From NCBI RefSeq assembly GCF_018350175.1, contig NC_058368.1, positions 157,420,001-157,484,000 of the forward strand: a stretch of DNA of 64,000 nucleotides, read 5' to 3'. The position numbers and the translations under genes were made by a program. Below are positions 37,914 to 50,506 of the stretch, one piece after another (position 1 is the first letter of the stretch; each line of letters begins with the position of its first letter). This DNA is from Felis catus. Taxonomy: Eukaryota. The notes below the pieces were generated by a model that saw nothing but the letters and a program-made list of their open reading frames with translations, made no database searches and was not told where the DNA came from.

Positions 37914-40900
37914 ATGACTCTAAACCCGTATCTTTCTATAATAACACTGAATGTAAAAGGATTAAATGCGCCAACCAAAAGACATAGGGTATCAGAATGG
38001 ATAAAAACAAGACCCATCTATTTGCTGTCTATAAGAGACTCATCTTAGACCTGAGGACACCTTTAGATTGAGAGTGAGGGGATGGAGAACTATTTATCAT
38101 GCGACTGGAAGCCAAAAGAAAGCTGGAGTAGCCATACTTATATCAGACAAACTAGACTTTAAATTAAAGGCTGTAACAAGAGATGAAGAAGGACATCATA
38201 TAATAGTTACAGGGTCTATCCATCAGGAAGAGCTAACAATTATAAATGTCTATGCGCCGAATACCGGAGCCCCCAAATATATAAGACAATTACTCATAAA
38301 CATAAGCAACCTTATTGATAAGAATGTGGTAATTGCAGGGGACTTTAACACCCCACTTACAGACATGGATAGATCATCTAGACACACGGTCAATAAAGAA
38401 ACAAGGGCCTGAATGAGACATTGGATCAGATGGACTTGACAGATATATTTAGAACTCTGCATCCCAAAGCAACAGAATATACTTTCTTCTCGAGTGCACA
38501 TGGAACATTCTCCAAGATAGATCATATACTGGGCCACAAAACAGCCCTTCATAAGTTTACAAGAATTGAAATTATACCATGCATACTTTCAGACCACAAT
38601 GCTATGAAGCTTGAAATCAACCACAGGAAAAAGTCTGGAAAACCTCCAAAAGCATGGAGGTTAAAGAACACCCTACTAACAAATGAGTGGGTCAACCAGG
38701 CAATTAGAGAAGAAATTAAAAAATATATGGAAACAAACGAAAATGAAAATACAACAATCCAAACGCTTTGGGACGCAGCGAAGGCAGTCCTGAGAGGAAA
38801 ATACATTGCAATCCAGGCCTATCTCAAGAAACAAGAAAAATCCCTAATACAAAATCTAACAGCACATCTAAAGGAACTAGAAGCAGAACAGCAAAGGCAG
38901 CCTAAACCCAGCAGAAGAAGAGAAATAATAAAGATCAGAGCAGAAATAAACAATATAGAATCTAAAAAAACTGTAGAGCAGATCAACGAAACCAAGAGTT
39001 GGTTTTTTGAAAAAATAAACAAAATTGACAAACCTCTAGCCAGGCTTCTCAAAAAGAAAAGGGAGATGACCCAAATAGATAAAATCATGAATGAAAATGG
39101 AATGATTACAACCAATCCCTCAGAGATACAAACAATTATCAGGGAATACTATGAAAAATTATATGCCAACAAATTGGACAACCTGGAAGAAATGGACAAA
39201 TTCCTGAACAACCACACACTTCCAAAACTCAATCAGGAGGAAATAAAAAGCTTGAACAAACCCATAACCAGCGAAGAAATTGTATCGGTTATTAAAAATC
39301 TCCCAACAAATAAGAGTCCAGGACCAGATGGCTTCCCAGGGGAGTTCTACCAGACGTTTAAAGCAGAGATAATACCTATCCTTCTCAAGCTATTCCAAGA
39401 AATAGAAAGGGAAGGAAAACTTCCAGACTCATTCTATGAAGCCAGTATTACTTTGATTCCTAAACCAGACAGAGACCCAGTAAAAAAAGAGAACTACAGG
39501 CCAATATCCCTGATGAATATGGATGCAAAAATTCTCAATAAGATACTAGCAAATCGAATTCAACGCCATATAAAAAGAATTATTCACCATGATCAAATGG
39601 GATTCATTCCTGGGATGCAGGGCTGGTTCAACATTCGCAAATCAATCAACGTGATACATCACATTAACAAAAAAAAAAGAGAAGAACCATATGATCCTGT
39701 CAATCGATGCAGAAAAGGGCTTTGACAAAATCCAGCACCCTTTCTTAATAAAAACCCTTGAGAAAGTCGGGATAGAAGGAACATACTTAAAGATCATAAA
39801 AGCCATTTATGAAAAGCCCACAGCTAACATCATCCTCAACGGGGAAAAACTGAGAGCTTTTTCCCTGAGATCAGGAACACGACAAGGATGCCCACTCTCA
39901 CCGCTGCTGTTTAACATAGTGCTGGAAGTTCTAGCATCAGCAATCAGACAACAAAAGGAAGTCAAAGGCATCAAAATTGGCAAAGATGAAGTCAAGCTTT
40001 CGCTTTTTGCAGATGACATGATATTATACATGGAAAATCCGATAGACTCCACCAAAAGTCTGCTAGAACTGATACAGGAATTCAGCAAAGTTGCAGGATA
40101 CAAAATCAATGTACAGAAATCAGTTGCATTCTTATACACTAACAATGAAGCAACAGAAAGACAAATAAAGAAACTGATCCCCGGGCGCCTGGGTGGCTCA
40201 GTCAGTTAAGCGTCCGACTTCAGCTCAGGTCACGATCTCGTGGTCCGCGAGTTCGAGCCCCGCGTCGGGCTCTAGGGTGATGGCTCAGAGCCTGGAGCCT
40301 GCTTCCGATTCTTTGTCTCCGTCTCTCTCTGCCCCTCCCCCATTCATGCTGTGTCTCTCTGTGTCTCAAAAATAAATAAACGTTAAAAAAAAATTAAAAA
40401 AAAAAAAAAGAAACTGATCCCATTCACACTTGCACCAAGAAGCATAAAATACCTAGGAATAAATCTAACCAAAGATGTAAAGGATCTGTATGCTGAAAAC
40501 TATAGAAAGCTTATGAAGGAAATTGAAGAAGATTTAAAGAAATGGAAAGACATTCCCTGCTCATGGATTGGAAAAATAAATATTGTCAAAATGTCAATAC
40601 TACCCAAAGCTGTCTACACATTCAATGCAATCCCAATCAAAATTGCACCAGCATTCTTCTCGAAACTAGAACAAGCAATCCTAAAATTCATATGGAACCA
40701 CAAAAGGCCCCGAATAGCCAAAGGAATTTTGAAGAAGAAGACCAAAGCAGGAGGCATCACAATCCCAGACTTTAGCCTCTACTACAAAGCTGTCATCATC
40801 AAGACAGCATGGTATTGGCACAAAAACAGACACATAGACCAATGGAATAGAATAGAAACTCCAGAACTAGACCCGCAAACGTATGGCCAACTCATCTTTG

Positions 40901-41976
40901 ACAAAGCAGGAAAGAACATCCAATGGAAAAAAGACAGCCTCTTTAACAAATGGTGCTGGGAGAACTGGACAGCAACATGCAGAAGGATGAAACTAGACCA
41001 CTTTCTCACACCATTCACAAAAATAAACTCAAAATGGATAAAGGACCTAAATGTGAGACAGGAAACAATCAAAACCTTAGAGGAGAAAGCAGGAAAAGAC
41101 CTCTCTGACCTCAGCCGTAGCAATCTCTTACTCGACACATCCCCAAAGGCAAGGGAATTAAAAGCAAAAGTGAATTACTGGGACCTTATGAAGATAAAAA
41201 GCTTCTGCACAGCAAAGCAAACAACCAACAAAACTAAAAGGCAACCAACGGAATGGGAAAAGATATTCGCAAATGACATATCGGACAAAGGGCTAGTATC
41301 CAAAATCTATAAAGAGCTCACCAAACTCCACACCCAAAAAACAAATAACCCAGTGAAGAAACGGGCAGAAAACATGAATAGACACTTCTCTAAAGAAGAC
41401 ATCCGGATGGCCAACAGGCACATGAAAAGATGTTCAGCGTCGCTCCTTATCAGGGAAATACAAATCAAAACCACACTCAGGTATCACCTCACGCCAGTCA
41501 GAGTGGCCAAAATGAACAAATCAGGAGACTCTAGATGCTGGAGAGGATGTGGAGAAACGGGAACCCTCTTGCACTGTTGGTGGGAATGCAAATTGGTGCA
41601 GCCGCTCTGGAAAGCAGTGTGGAGGTTCCTCAGAAAATTAAAAATAGACCTACCCTATGACCCAGCAATAGCACTGCTAGGAATTTATCCAAGGGATACA
41701 GGAGTACTGATGCATAGGGCCACTTGTACCCCAATGTTCATAGCAGCACTCTCAACAATAGCCAAATTATGGAAAGAGCCTAAATGTCCATCAACTGATG
41801 AGTGGATAAAGAAATTGTGGTTTATATACACAATGGAATTCTACGTGGCAATGAGAAAAAATGAAATATGGCCTTTTGTAGCAACGTGGATGGAACTGGA
41901 GAGTGTGATGCTAAGTGAAATAAGCCATACAGAGAAAGACAGATACCATATGGTTTCACTCTTATGTGGATCCTGA
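37914..41976 (+). pseudogene. L1 ORF2 (endonuclease and reverse transcriptase), disrupted
   Basis: EN motifs (TLNVKGLN, GDFNTPL, SDHN), RT motifs ([13 protein letters not shown]) and the Cys-rich C-terminus are present. Lesions: frameshifts at ~38005, ~38409 and ~39675, a TAA at 38032-38034 and a SINE at 40182-40406. Confidence 0.95.
40182..40406 (+). mobile_element. Young CanSINE (SINEC_Fc-like) nested in L1 ORF2
   Basis: tRNA-derived head, (CT)n body and A tail. Perfect 15-bp TSD AAAGAAACTGATCCC at 40167-40181 and 40407-40421. Confidence 0.97.
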
Positions 41977-43979
41977 GAAACTTAACAGGAACCCATGGTG
42001 GGGGGAAGGAAAAAAAAAAAAAGAGGTTAGAGTGGGAGAGAGCCAAAGCATAAGAGACTGTTAAAAACTGAGAGCAAACTGAGGGTTGATGGGGGGTGGG
42101 AGGGAGGAGAGGGTGGGTGATGGGTATTGAGGAGGGCACCTTTTGGGATGAGCACTGGGTGTTGTATGGAAACCAATTTGTCAATAAATTTCATATAAAA
42201 AAATAAAAAAAATGAAAAAAATAAATAAAATAAAATAAACAAAAAAAAATAAAATAAAAACAATTTTGTACTTAAAAAACAACAACAACAAACAAACAAA
42301 CAAAAACCAGAAACAAGCGTCAGGGTTCTTCAAACATGGCTTGTGCAGAACTCAGCCTTCTCAGGGGACTCCTGAGGTAACTCCTCGAAGCCCTAGGACT
42401 CTGAGGGACTGTTTGGGATGCCCCCTCCCCCCAGATGTTTGCCAAGGCCTTTCCAGCTCCAAGCATTACACTTCTGTCATTCTAAGTGCCACCTCCCATG
42501 AGATTTCTTTCTTGCCCTGGTCCATGCAGATCACATCTTTTTCTGTGCTGCTGTAGCATTTGGGAGTATAGCACACACACCGTGGCCCATGTTTGTACCC
42601 TGACCTAGATATGGAGGTCTGTCTTTTTTTGAAGTTAGTATGTCCTTGTGTTTCTTTTGGGAAGTGGCTCAGAAGTTACTTGAGAGACTGAATGTAATGG
42701 AAAGAACTCCAGGAGAGTTCTTTCCTGGGGAGAGAAGCTTTGTTCACAGATTGGGGCAATCTGGATTTTTGCCTCCTGTGGCAAGCCGCCTGTTCTGGCA
42801 GAGGCTGAGCTTCTACCCCAGACCACATACCAGGGCAGAGCAGGGCCATCCTACTGGAGGCTCCCACAGTGGTCCTTTGCCTAGACCTTCTTTCCCTAGT
42901 GCACATGCCAGCCAGGCTGTGGTAGTGGGAAGGTCATGGAAGAGCTCTTTGTGAGCTGGGTGCTGGCCTCACCGTTCAGCATCACTGGGCCAGTCCCTGG
43001 AGTGGGAGATTAACTTACTATTGAAAGCATGACCAGGAAGAACAGCCCGGGCCAGTCACTTCTACCCCACCCGCCTTAGTCATTTCCTTACCACTGTGGG
43101 TAGACGTCTGCTTTTCTGAATAGAGTACCTTACCACTATCGTCCTCGCTCTGGGGATCTGGGTCAAGTTTATCGGGCTTAGAAACATACTTCATAGGGTA
43201 TATGGTGCAGTTTCATTAAAATCTGGCCGTGTCCAGTGTGGGGACTAACCTAGGACCTGGTGAAAGGCAGATGCTCAAGTAGAGACGTTAATGTGTGAGC
43301 ACCACCTAGTGGTGGTGAAGAATAATGTGTGCAATGAATGAATCTGAGGAATCTTGCCAATGGGTGGATAGTAAAATAAATAGTATTCAGGGATCTTTGA
43401 TCCGTAAAAACAGTTGTGTAGAGAATATGCTTTAAAGAAAAATTATAATAAGCATACTAAATTATATATACTAGTTATACTAACATAAACATAATTTTAG
43501 TTTTTCCTGAATGATTCCAAAGACATATGAGTGTCCATAATGAAGACCGGTTATTATTATAGAATGCTGTAAATGTAACAGATTGGGGAAAAAATCTATA
43601 AGAAATGCCATCCCATCTAAGGTTTTATTTTTTAAAAAATTTTACTTCCAGAAATAATGTACCATGTAACCATTGAAAAAAAGAGGCTTATATAAAGAGC
43701 TGACTAAGAGATATTAAAAGATAGATGTAAGATGTAGAACAGTATCAATAGAACGTTGCAGTTCACATGGGAAGCACAGAAAAAATATATATGTATAGAA
43801 ATCCATACATACATATATACTATATACACACACATATATATTTATGTGTATATATGTGGGATTTACAATATATTAATACATACTTGTTTTGTTATCCTGG
43901 AAGGATACCTAATGAACCAATAATTGTGGTGGTCTCTGGGGAAAGGAACCAAGGGACTGAGGAAAGGAACTGAAAGAAA

Positions 43980-43991
43980 ACACACACATAC

Positions 43992-44023
<32 letters not shown>
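43980..44023 (+). repeat. (AC)n microsatellite
   Basis: Seen directly. Confidence 0.95.
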
Positions 44024-44679
44024 TTTAATTTGTTGATGCTTTGTTTCTTTTATAGCTTTTGTATTCTGGCAAATAATATGTTACATATCGAATAAAGAAA
44101 AAACTTAAATATAAAGTGCTTAATAGTACTTATCAATAAATAGTAGCCATTATTATGGTTATTGGTAGTAGCAGTATTAGCAATAGTCATAATATTGTCA
44201 GTTTTCACTTCCTCCTAGAAAAGCTGTATGCAGAAAATAAATCTGATTCTTTGAGCTCTTTGGTTATTTGCATCCTGGAGAAGTGGGGTTGAAGATACTT
44301 TCCAAGCTAATTAATTCAATTGCCTAGAGCTCAGTGTTAATGAGTCTAAGGAAAGGGTTCTCAGTGACAAGATTCTTAATACCAGCCTATAAATGACTAT
44401 GATCATTTATAAGAGAAATTAGGAGAAAGAATATAGCTGATTCAATGGAAATTCACAGCTCAAAAATAAGTCGAGCTGCCAGAAGCTCTTCTGAAATACT
44501 GAATCTTAGAATCCTTGTGTTGTAAAAAGTCTCAAAGTTAATACAGTCCTGTACTTATTGTTTTCTTGGCCATGGAACTCTTTTCTAATGAAATCTTATT
44601 CTGCACTCTATATTTAGGTTTGTAACCCATAGCGTTTGCAAGAGGGGAAGCTATGCAGTTGTCTGTTTGAATTCAGTGT

Positions 44680-44990
44680 ACATATGAGGTATATCTTGTG
44701 CTGCATCAGAGTTTTACAACAAACATACTGATGTATATAATAATTATCATTAAAGTAATTATCTTGAGAGGCACTTCATTTATTCCAATGGCATGTCATT
44801 GATCTTTAAAATTTGGGGACTCCTCTTTTGGAATTGCCTCTTTATCAGTTTTCACTGGTGAGGCGAAAATCACATTACTTTGGGCCATACTCCTTTGGAG
44901 CTAAAAACTCCGTTATGCAACTTGGCCAACTTTCTTAGTCATCACATTTATTAGAGATTGTTTATTTCTAAAAATTCAATCTCCCCAAAT
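44680..44990. mobile_element. Old mariner-type DNA transposon relic (MARNA-like)
   Basis: CTTGAGAGGCACTTCATTTATTCCAATGGCATGTCATTG...GGACTCCTCTTTTGGAATTGCCT resembles MARNA as I recall it. Confidence 0.5.
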
Positions 44991-45975
44991 GAGGCAATGG
45001 AACTGTTCCTCCAACTCCAACAGATGCTTCAAGAGAAGGAGTTTAAGATGCAAGGAAAGGGATAGACAGGCAAACAAGTGCAATAAATTTCCACTTAGAA
45101 GATGTTCCTCATGTGGGGCTTTAAAATGGTGGAGTGGGTAAGTCTAGGATGGGTGGAGGGGATGCCAATGAGAAAGTCTTTAAAAAGAGGAATCCCACTC
45201 ACTCCTTCCAGATGGTTTTGGTATAATGTGTAAAATTGTAGAGAGACAGAAGATGCAAAAATTAAAAGGCAAATATATTCTTTTCATCATAAAATATTCA
45301 ACATGAACAAAGCAATTTGCCGAGGTTAAAGGCAGATCTCTAGTTAAACCTAGCATATAGTCATAGTACTAATCACAGTACTCTTTGAATTAATATTTGT
45401 TCATTTAGTTTAGGTGGAATGGAAAAATAAGCTTTACAAATATAATTTAAATAACTTGAATTATTTAAATAAGCAACCTACATCAATAATTGGTTTAGAA
45501 CTGTGCTCAGCTGTTAAGAGGTTAAGAGTGTGGGCTCTCAACTCCCCATCCAGGTTCAAATTCTTGACGTCGGGCAAAATACTTAACATTTCCTGTGCCT
45601 CAATCTACTGCTCTGTAAAGTGGGGATAATAATAACTGCACTATCTTAAAAGGATGCGGTGAAGAATGTAAAGGGAACTCTTCTGCTTACGGCAGTGCTT
45701 GCTTAGGAGAGATCACAATTGGCAGTGTGTTTTTCACAGCTGGCTCTGACTAGCTGGAGCTGATAAAGGACCATGACCTTGGATTGACCCTGAGACATCG
45801 GACTTGTGGTCCTAACTGAAGATTTTCCTAAATAACGGGCACTATGGTTTGTTTTAGCTGTGTTTCAAGCCGTGGACTCATTCTGTCCTCTCCAGAGTAC
45901 TAGATTTCAGTCCTTAGTTAGCAATAACCACATAAATACGTCCTTACCCTCAGGACTTTAAAAGCTCTGACTTCT

Positions 45976-46155
45976 GGGGCACCTGGGTGGCTCAGTTGGT
46001 TGAGTGTCAGGTCATGATCTCGCAGTTCATGAATTCAAGCCCCACATCAGGTTCTCCGCTGTCAGTGCAGAGCCCGCTTCAGATTCTCTGTCCCCATCTC
46101 TCTGCCCCTACCCCACTCGTGCTCTCTGAAAAATAAACATTTAAACAAAAAAACA
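45976..46155 (+). mobile_element. CanSINE
   Basis: SINEC head and tail, with degenerate TSD AAA(G)CTCTGAC. Confidence 0.9.
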
Positions 46156-46355
46156 AAACTCTGACATTTCCCTCTCAGTGACCTCTTATTTACTCAGTGA
46201 ATTTTTTTTCACCAGCCTATGTTCCTTTGTGTGGCAAATCAATAGACTCAGCTTTTATTTTTATCTATTTATCCATCCATCTGTCCATCAGTCTATCCAT
46301 CCATATATCTATCCATCTATCTCTTCTCCACTTATTCATTACCTCTGATGGCCTT

Positions 46356-46477
46356 TTTAAAAGAATTTTTTAAAAGATTTTATTTTTAAGTAATCTCTAC
46401 ACCCAAAGTGCGGCTTGGATTCACAACTCCAAGACCAAAAGTCGCATGCTCTGTTGATGGAGTCAGCCGGGCACCCC
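46356..46477 (-). mobile_element. Short old CanSINE
   Basis: TTTTTAAGTAATCTCTACACCCAA...GGCACCCC, with degenerate TSD TTACCTYTGATGGYCTT. Confidence 0.8.
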
Positions 46478-47811
46478 TTACCTTTGATGGTCTTTGTTTT
46501 ACTTGTTGACAGGCACAAATAAATTAGCGTATGTAAAGCACTGAAATGTGACAGTTATTATTATCTTATTCACTCACTGGTATCTTGTGTGTATTATAAC
46601 AACAACATGTCACTGAAATATTTTAATTCTATCTCTGTACAAGTATACATGAATAATAACACCGACTTTAGATGATAGAATGTTTCTAACTCAAATTTGT
46701 AAGTATGATGTGGTATTCAGGAGCAGGAACAGGAGTCTCATTTAGCATCTAGAGAAATGGCTAGTAAGATTTTGAGTCTGACCGACCAGTGGGGATGAGG
46801 CTTACACATTCAGGTCTAAGCTCAGGGTCAGACACTGACCTTCAAAAGATCTGTCATTCTGATTCTAACTTACAGGTTTTTGAAAATTATAACTCTGAAC
46901 TCTTTAAAGAAACAGGGTTAAAAGGCAGTTTGTTGGTATATGAGCTTCTACAAAAAACCTGTTTCAAAAGCTCAGCATATGCGCGCATGCACACAACATA
47001 GCCTTAGCCTTTTGCTGTAGACTCCTAGCACAGCACACAAGGACATACCTCTGTTACCAAGGAAATGACTGTTTCTCGGAGCGAAGAGATATTGAGGACA
47101 CTTCTCAGTAAGTGATACAGAACAAGGCCCTATTATTTCCTAGACCTGCTGGTTGGTGTAACCTGAAGCTCTCTGTCCTGTCCCTCTCCACCTGGCCCAT
47201 CACTGCTATGGTGGCAGCAACCAATCCAGGCTTTCTTGGTCAAGTTCACCACATAGCTGACAATCCACCTTCTCTTCCTACTTTCTCAGGCCGTTGTGGC
47301 ACATGCTTAAACTGACTAATGAAGAAAGGTCTTAGGCAATTTTGAATCAGTCTCCGAGTGTGGCAGAAACTTCAAACACAGATGTGGCCAGGGTCACTGA
47401 CAAGGTCAGGACTCTAGATGCCATTGCCTTGTGGTCAGATAACCTGCTTCTGCATGTCAGGTATAGGACCATTGCAGACTGTATGACAAAGACGATAATA
47501 GGGACACTCAGGGACATCACAAGCTGGGAATCAGCTTTGCTTCACATGTGAGTTCTTCTGCTTCTAATCGTCCTTTTAGTTGAAATTAATTAATTATTTG
47601 GAATCTGCACTTCCTGACAATTGTTCGCCTGACATGACTGCAGCTCCTTTCCCCAGATCAACACTGGAGAAACCGTAGAAGCAAGAAGGAAACAGATTTT
47701 TAAAAATTATCAGGAAACCACCCGCCTCCATAGTCTTCTCTTAAGGGTGTTGCAAATGGGAATGAATAGGAGCAATGGTTCTAGTGCTTGGGGCTCATCA
47801 CCTCCCCTTTT

Positions 47812-48037
47812 GTTTTCTTTTTCTTTTTTTAAACATTTATTTATTATTGAGAGACAGAGACAGGCAGAGCATGAACATGGGAGGGGCAGAGAGAGGGGGA
47901 GATACAGAATTCAAAGACAGGCTCCAGGCTCCAAGCTGTCAGCACAGAGCCCGACGCGGGCCTTGAACTCACAAACTGTGAGATCATGACCCGAGCAGAA
48001 GTTGGACACTTTACCAACTGAGCCACCCAGGAGCCCC
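47812..48037 (-). mobile_element. CanSINE
   Basis: TSD TCACCTYCCCTTTT. Confidence 0.92.
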
Positions 48038-48129
48038 GTCACCTTCCCTTTTCTTAAATGCTTTTCCTGATATGCAGTACCAGAGAACAGCCGAGTCCCC
48101 CTTTCAATATAAGCTCAAAGGAAAAAAAG

Positions 48130-48830
48130 ACCAAAACTGGACAGTACATACTACACAAGGCAAAAATATTAGAACAAACAGAATGAGGATATAAAATGAG
48201 GTTGATGTAAACATCCTGAAGGAAATGAGAATATATTAGTAATTTGAAACAAGCATAGGAAATCCTAATAAGAATCAAGTGGAAATATTATTTTTTAAAA
48301 AGTTGAAATAAATAACACAATATATAAGACAAATAATAGGGTAACTATAGTTGAAGAATGAATTAGATAAGGTTAAGGGAACTTTCCCAGAAGGGAGGAA
48401 GAAAGGAGAGACAAGAGTATGAAAAGAAAGCTAAGATATAAGGAGGAAAGAAGAGGTGCTAATAACATCCAGATCACAGGAGTCCCAGAGAAAGAACTAA
48501 AAACCAAGTACAGGAAATATTTGAGGAAGTGATGGAGCCACATTTCCCAGAATTAAAGAACTTTAAAGGTTCTCAGATTGACTAGACTCGTGGGGTACCA
48601 CACAGAGAAAGAAAAACCCATCCCTACACAAATTTTAGAGCAATTAAAAGTTTCATAAACCACAGGACAGTCTGAAAGCTGCTAGAGAGAAAGCAATCAT
48701 CTTGTAAGGGAGCAAGAATCAGATGACAACAGATTTCTCACAACAGTACTGGATATAGTTAATAAATGGAGTAACCCACTGACAACTTAGACCCTTGTAT
48801 TCCAGCCACATTCAGATGGGAGGGGATTTT
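48130..48830 (+). mobile_element. Old L1M/HAL1-type ORF1 relic
   Basis: A-rich, with AGGAGTCCCAGAG...CATTTCCCAGAATTAAAG...AATCAGATGACAACAGATTTCTC ORF1-like motifs. Confidence 0.6.
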
Positions 48831-49009
48831 CCAAAAGAAGGAGGACATTCAGATCCTGGAGGAGGGTGAATGACAAATGTCCACTATGGTAGCTTTGGCA
48901 AGTTTCTTTAGCTCTCTGAGCATCATTTCTCTAGGAAAGACAATGACCCTTTGAAGTCATCAATCCATCCATCCATCTATCCATCCATCAGCACACATTT
49001 ATTGAGAGC

Positions 49010-49346
49010 TGTTCTAGTTATCTATTGTTTTATAATTACCCCAAAGCTTAGTGACTGAATCAACCATTTTATTATATATCATGATTTTATGAATTTGGAA
49101 TTTAGGCAGGGTAAGCTTAGCTGAGTGATTCTTCTGCTCCATGTGGAGCCAGCTGGGGTTCTTTGGGACATTCAGTTGGTGGCTGATCTGACCTGGATAG
49201 TTCAAAATGGCTCTGATTCTTTGGAAGGGGTGGTTGGAAGGCTGGGATCATTTGGGCTCATCTCCCTCTCCATGTGGTCTCCACATGGACTGTCCAGTAG
49301 GATAGCTGCATTTTGTATGTGAAAAGTCAGGGGTTGAGGACACGGT

Positions 49347-49385
<39 letters not shown>

Positions 49386-49770
49386 AATATTTTTAAATGT
49401 TTATTTATTTTTGAGAGAGACAGATCATGAGTGAGGGAGGGGTAGAGAGAGAGGGAGACACAGAATAGGAAGCAGGCTCCAGGCTTCATGCTGTCAGCAC
49501 AGAGCCCCGTGCGGGGCTCAAACTCACGAACCATGAGATCATGACCTGAGCCAAAGGTGGACACTTAACCAACTGAGCCACCCAGATGCCCCAACACCAA
49601 GTTCCCTTTAAGGCTAGGCTTGGAGTTGGCATAATGTCACTTCCACTCTACCCAGTTGATCAAAGCACAGGCCAGCCCAGATTCAAAGAAAGGAGAAATA
49701 GACTACATCTCTTGTTGAGAGTTGTCAAAGAATTTGCAGCCACCTTTAATCCATTGTAAGAACCAACTAT
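49010..49770 (-). mobile_element. MLT1-type MaLR LTR (split by a SINE)
   Basis: AATTACCCCAAAGCTTAGTG...CACAGGCCAGCCCAGATTCAA. A similar relic lies at ~34390-34930. Confidence 0.7.
49348..49593 (-). mobile_element. CanSINE inserted in an MLT1 LTR
   Basis: SINEC sequence preceded by (CT)n. MLT1-like sequence continues on both sides. Confidence 0.9.
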
Positions 49771-50290
49771 GGGCCAGGCATGCATAGGCCATATGAAAAT
49801 AAGACATGGCTTTGTCTTCAAGAAGCTCATAGTCACAGTTACATGGCAAACAAAACAAATGAAAGTAGTAAATGAGATCAAAGCAAAGATGCATTGTAAA
49901 TCACAAAACACCTCTACTATGAAGATTTGCTCTAAAATAGGATATTACAGACTCCTCTAATGCTCTCTAATATCAGTTACCATTTCTTGACTGGTTGCCA
50001 GGAATCAAGAACTCAGCTAAGAGTTTTCCCAGCATAATTTTCCCTACCTCTCAAAAGAACACTTCAGTTACAAGTTGTACACGGTAGAATCAATGCTTCT
50101 TGCTTAATTACACATCTTGAGATCTTGTTAGATATCAGCACCCATCACTCTACTGCCCATCAACACCATTTTATAGATGCTTCTCAAGATGCCCAGACAG
50201 GCCTCTGGCTACTTAAGGAAAGATTTTCAATTCATAGTGACTCACCCAGCTAATCTCTCAAGGCTCTGATTTCTTCTTCTCAAAATTTTT

Positions 50291-50506
50291 ATTTTGGTTT
50301 ACATTATTTTAAAGTTTGTTTGTTTGTTTGTTTAGAGAATGCACACAAGGGGGGTAGAGGCAGAGAGAGGGAGAGAGAGAATCCCAAGCTGGCTTGGTGC
50401 TGTCAGTGCGGAACCGAAGCAGGGCTCAGTCTTGGAACCGTGAGATTATGATCTGAACTGAAATCAAGAATTGGACACCTAACCGACTGAGCCACCCAGA
50501 GGCCCC
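50291..50506 (-). mobile_element. CanSINE
   Basis: TSD TCAAAATTTTT. Confidence 0.88.

Larger units (their letters stand above)
36042..42260 (+). mobile_element. Full-length L1 (L1_Fc-like), about 6.2 kb, ORF2 inactivated
   Basis: Starts GGGGATTCTAGTCAAGATGGCAG (YY1-like motif), then a CpG-rich 5' UTR, ORF1, ORF2, a G-rich 3' UTR, AATAAA at 42183-42188 and an A-rich tail. Candidate TSD AACAACAAACAAACA at 36027-36041 and 42284-42298. Confidence 0.98.

Noticed and set aside
37167..41138. Minus-strand ORFs within the L1 coding region (and 772-1128)
   Set aside because: Antisense shadows of L1 ORF1/ORF2 caused by strand composition bias.
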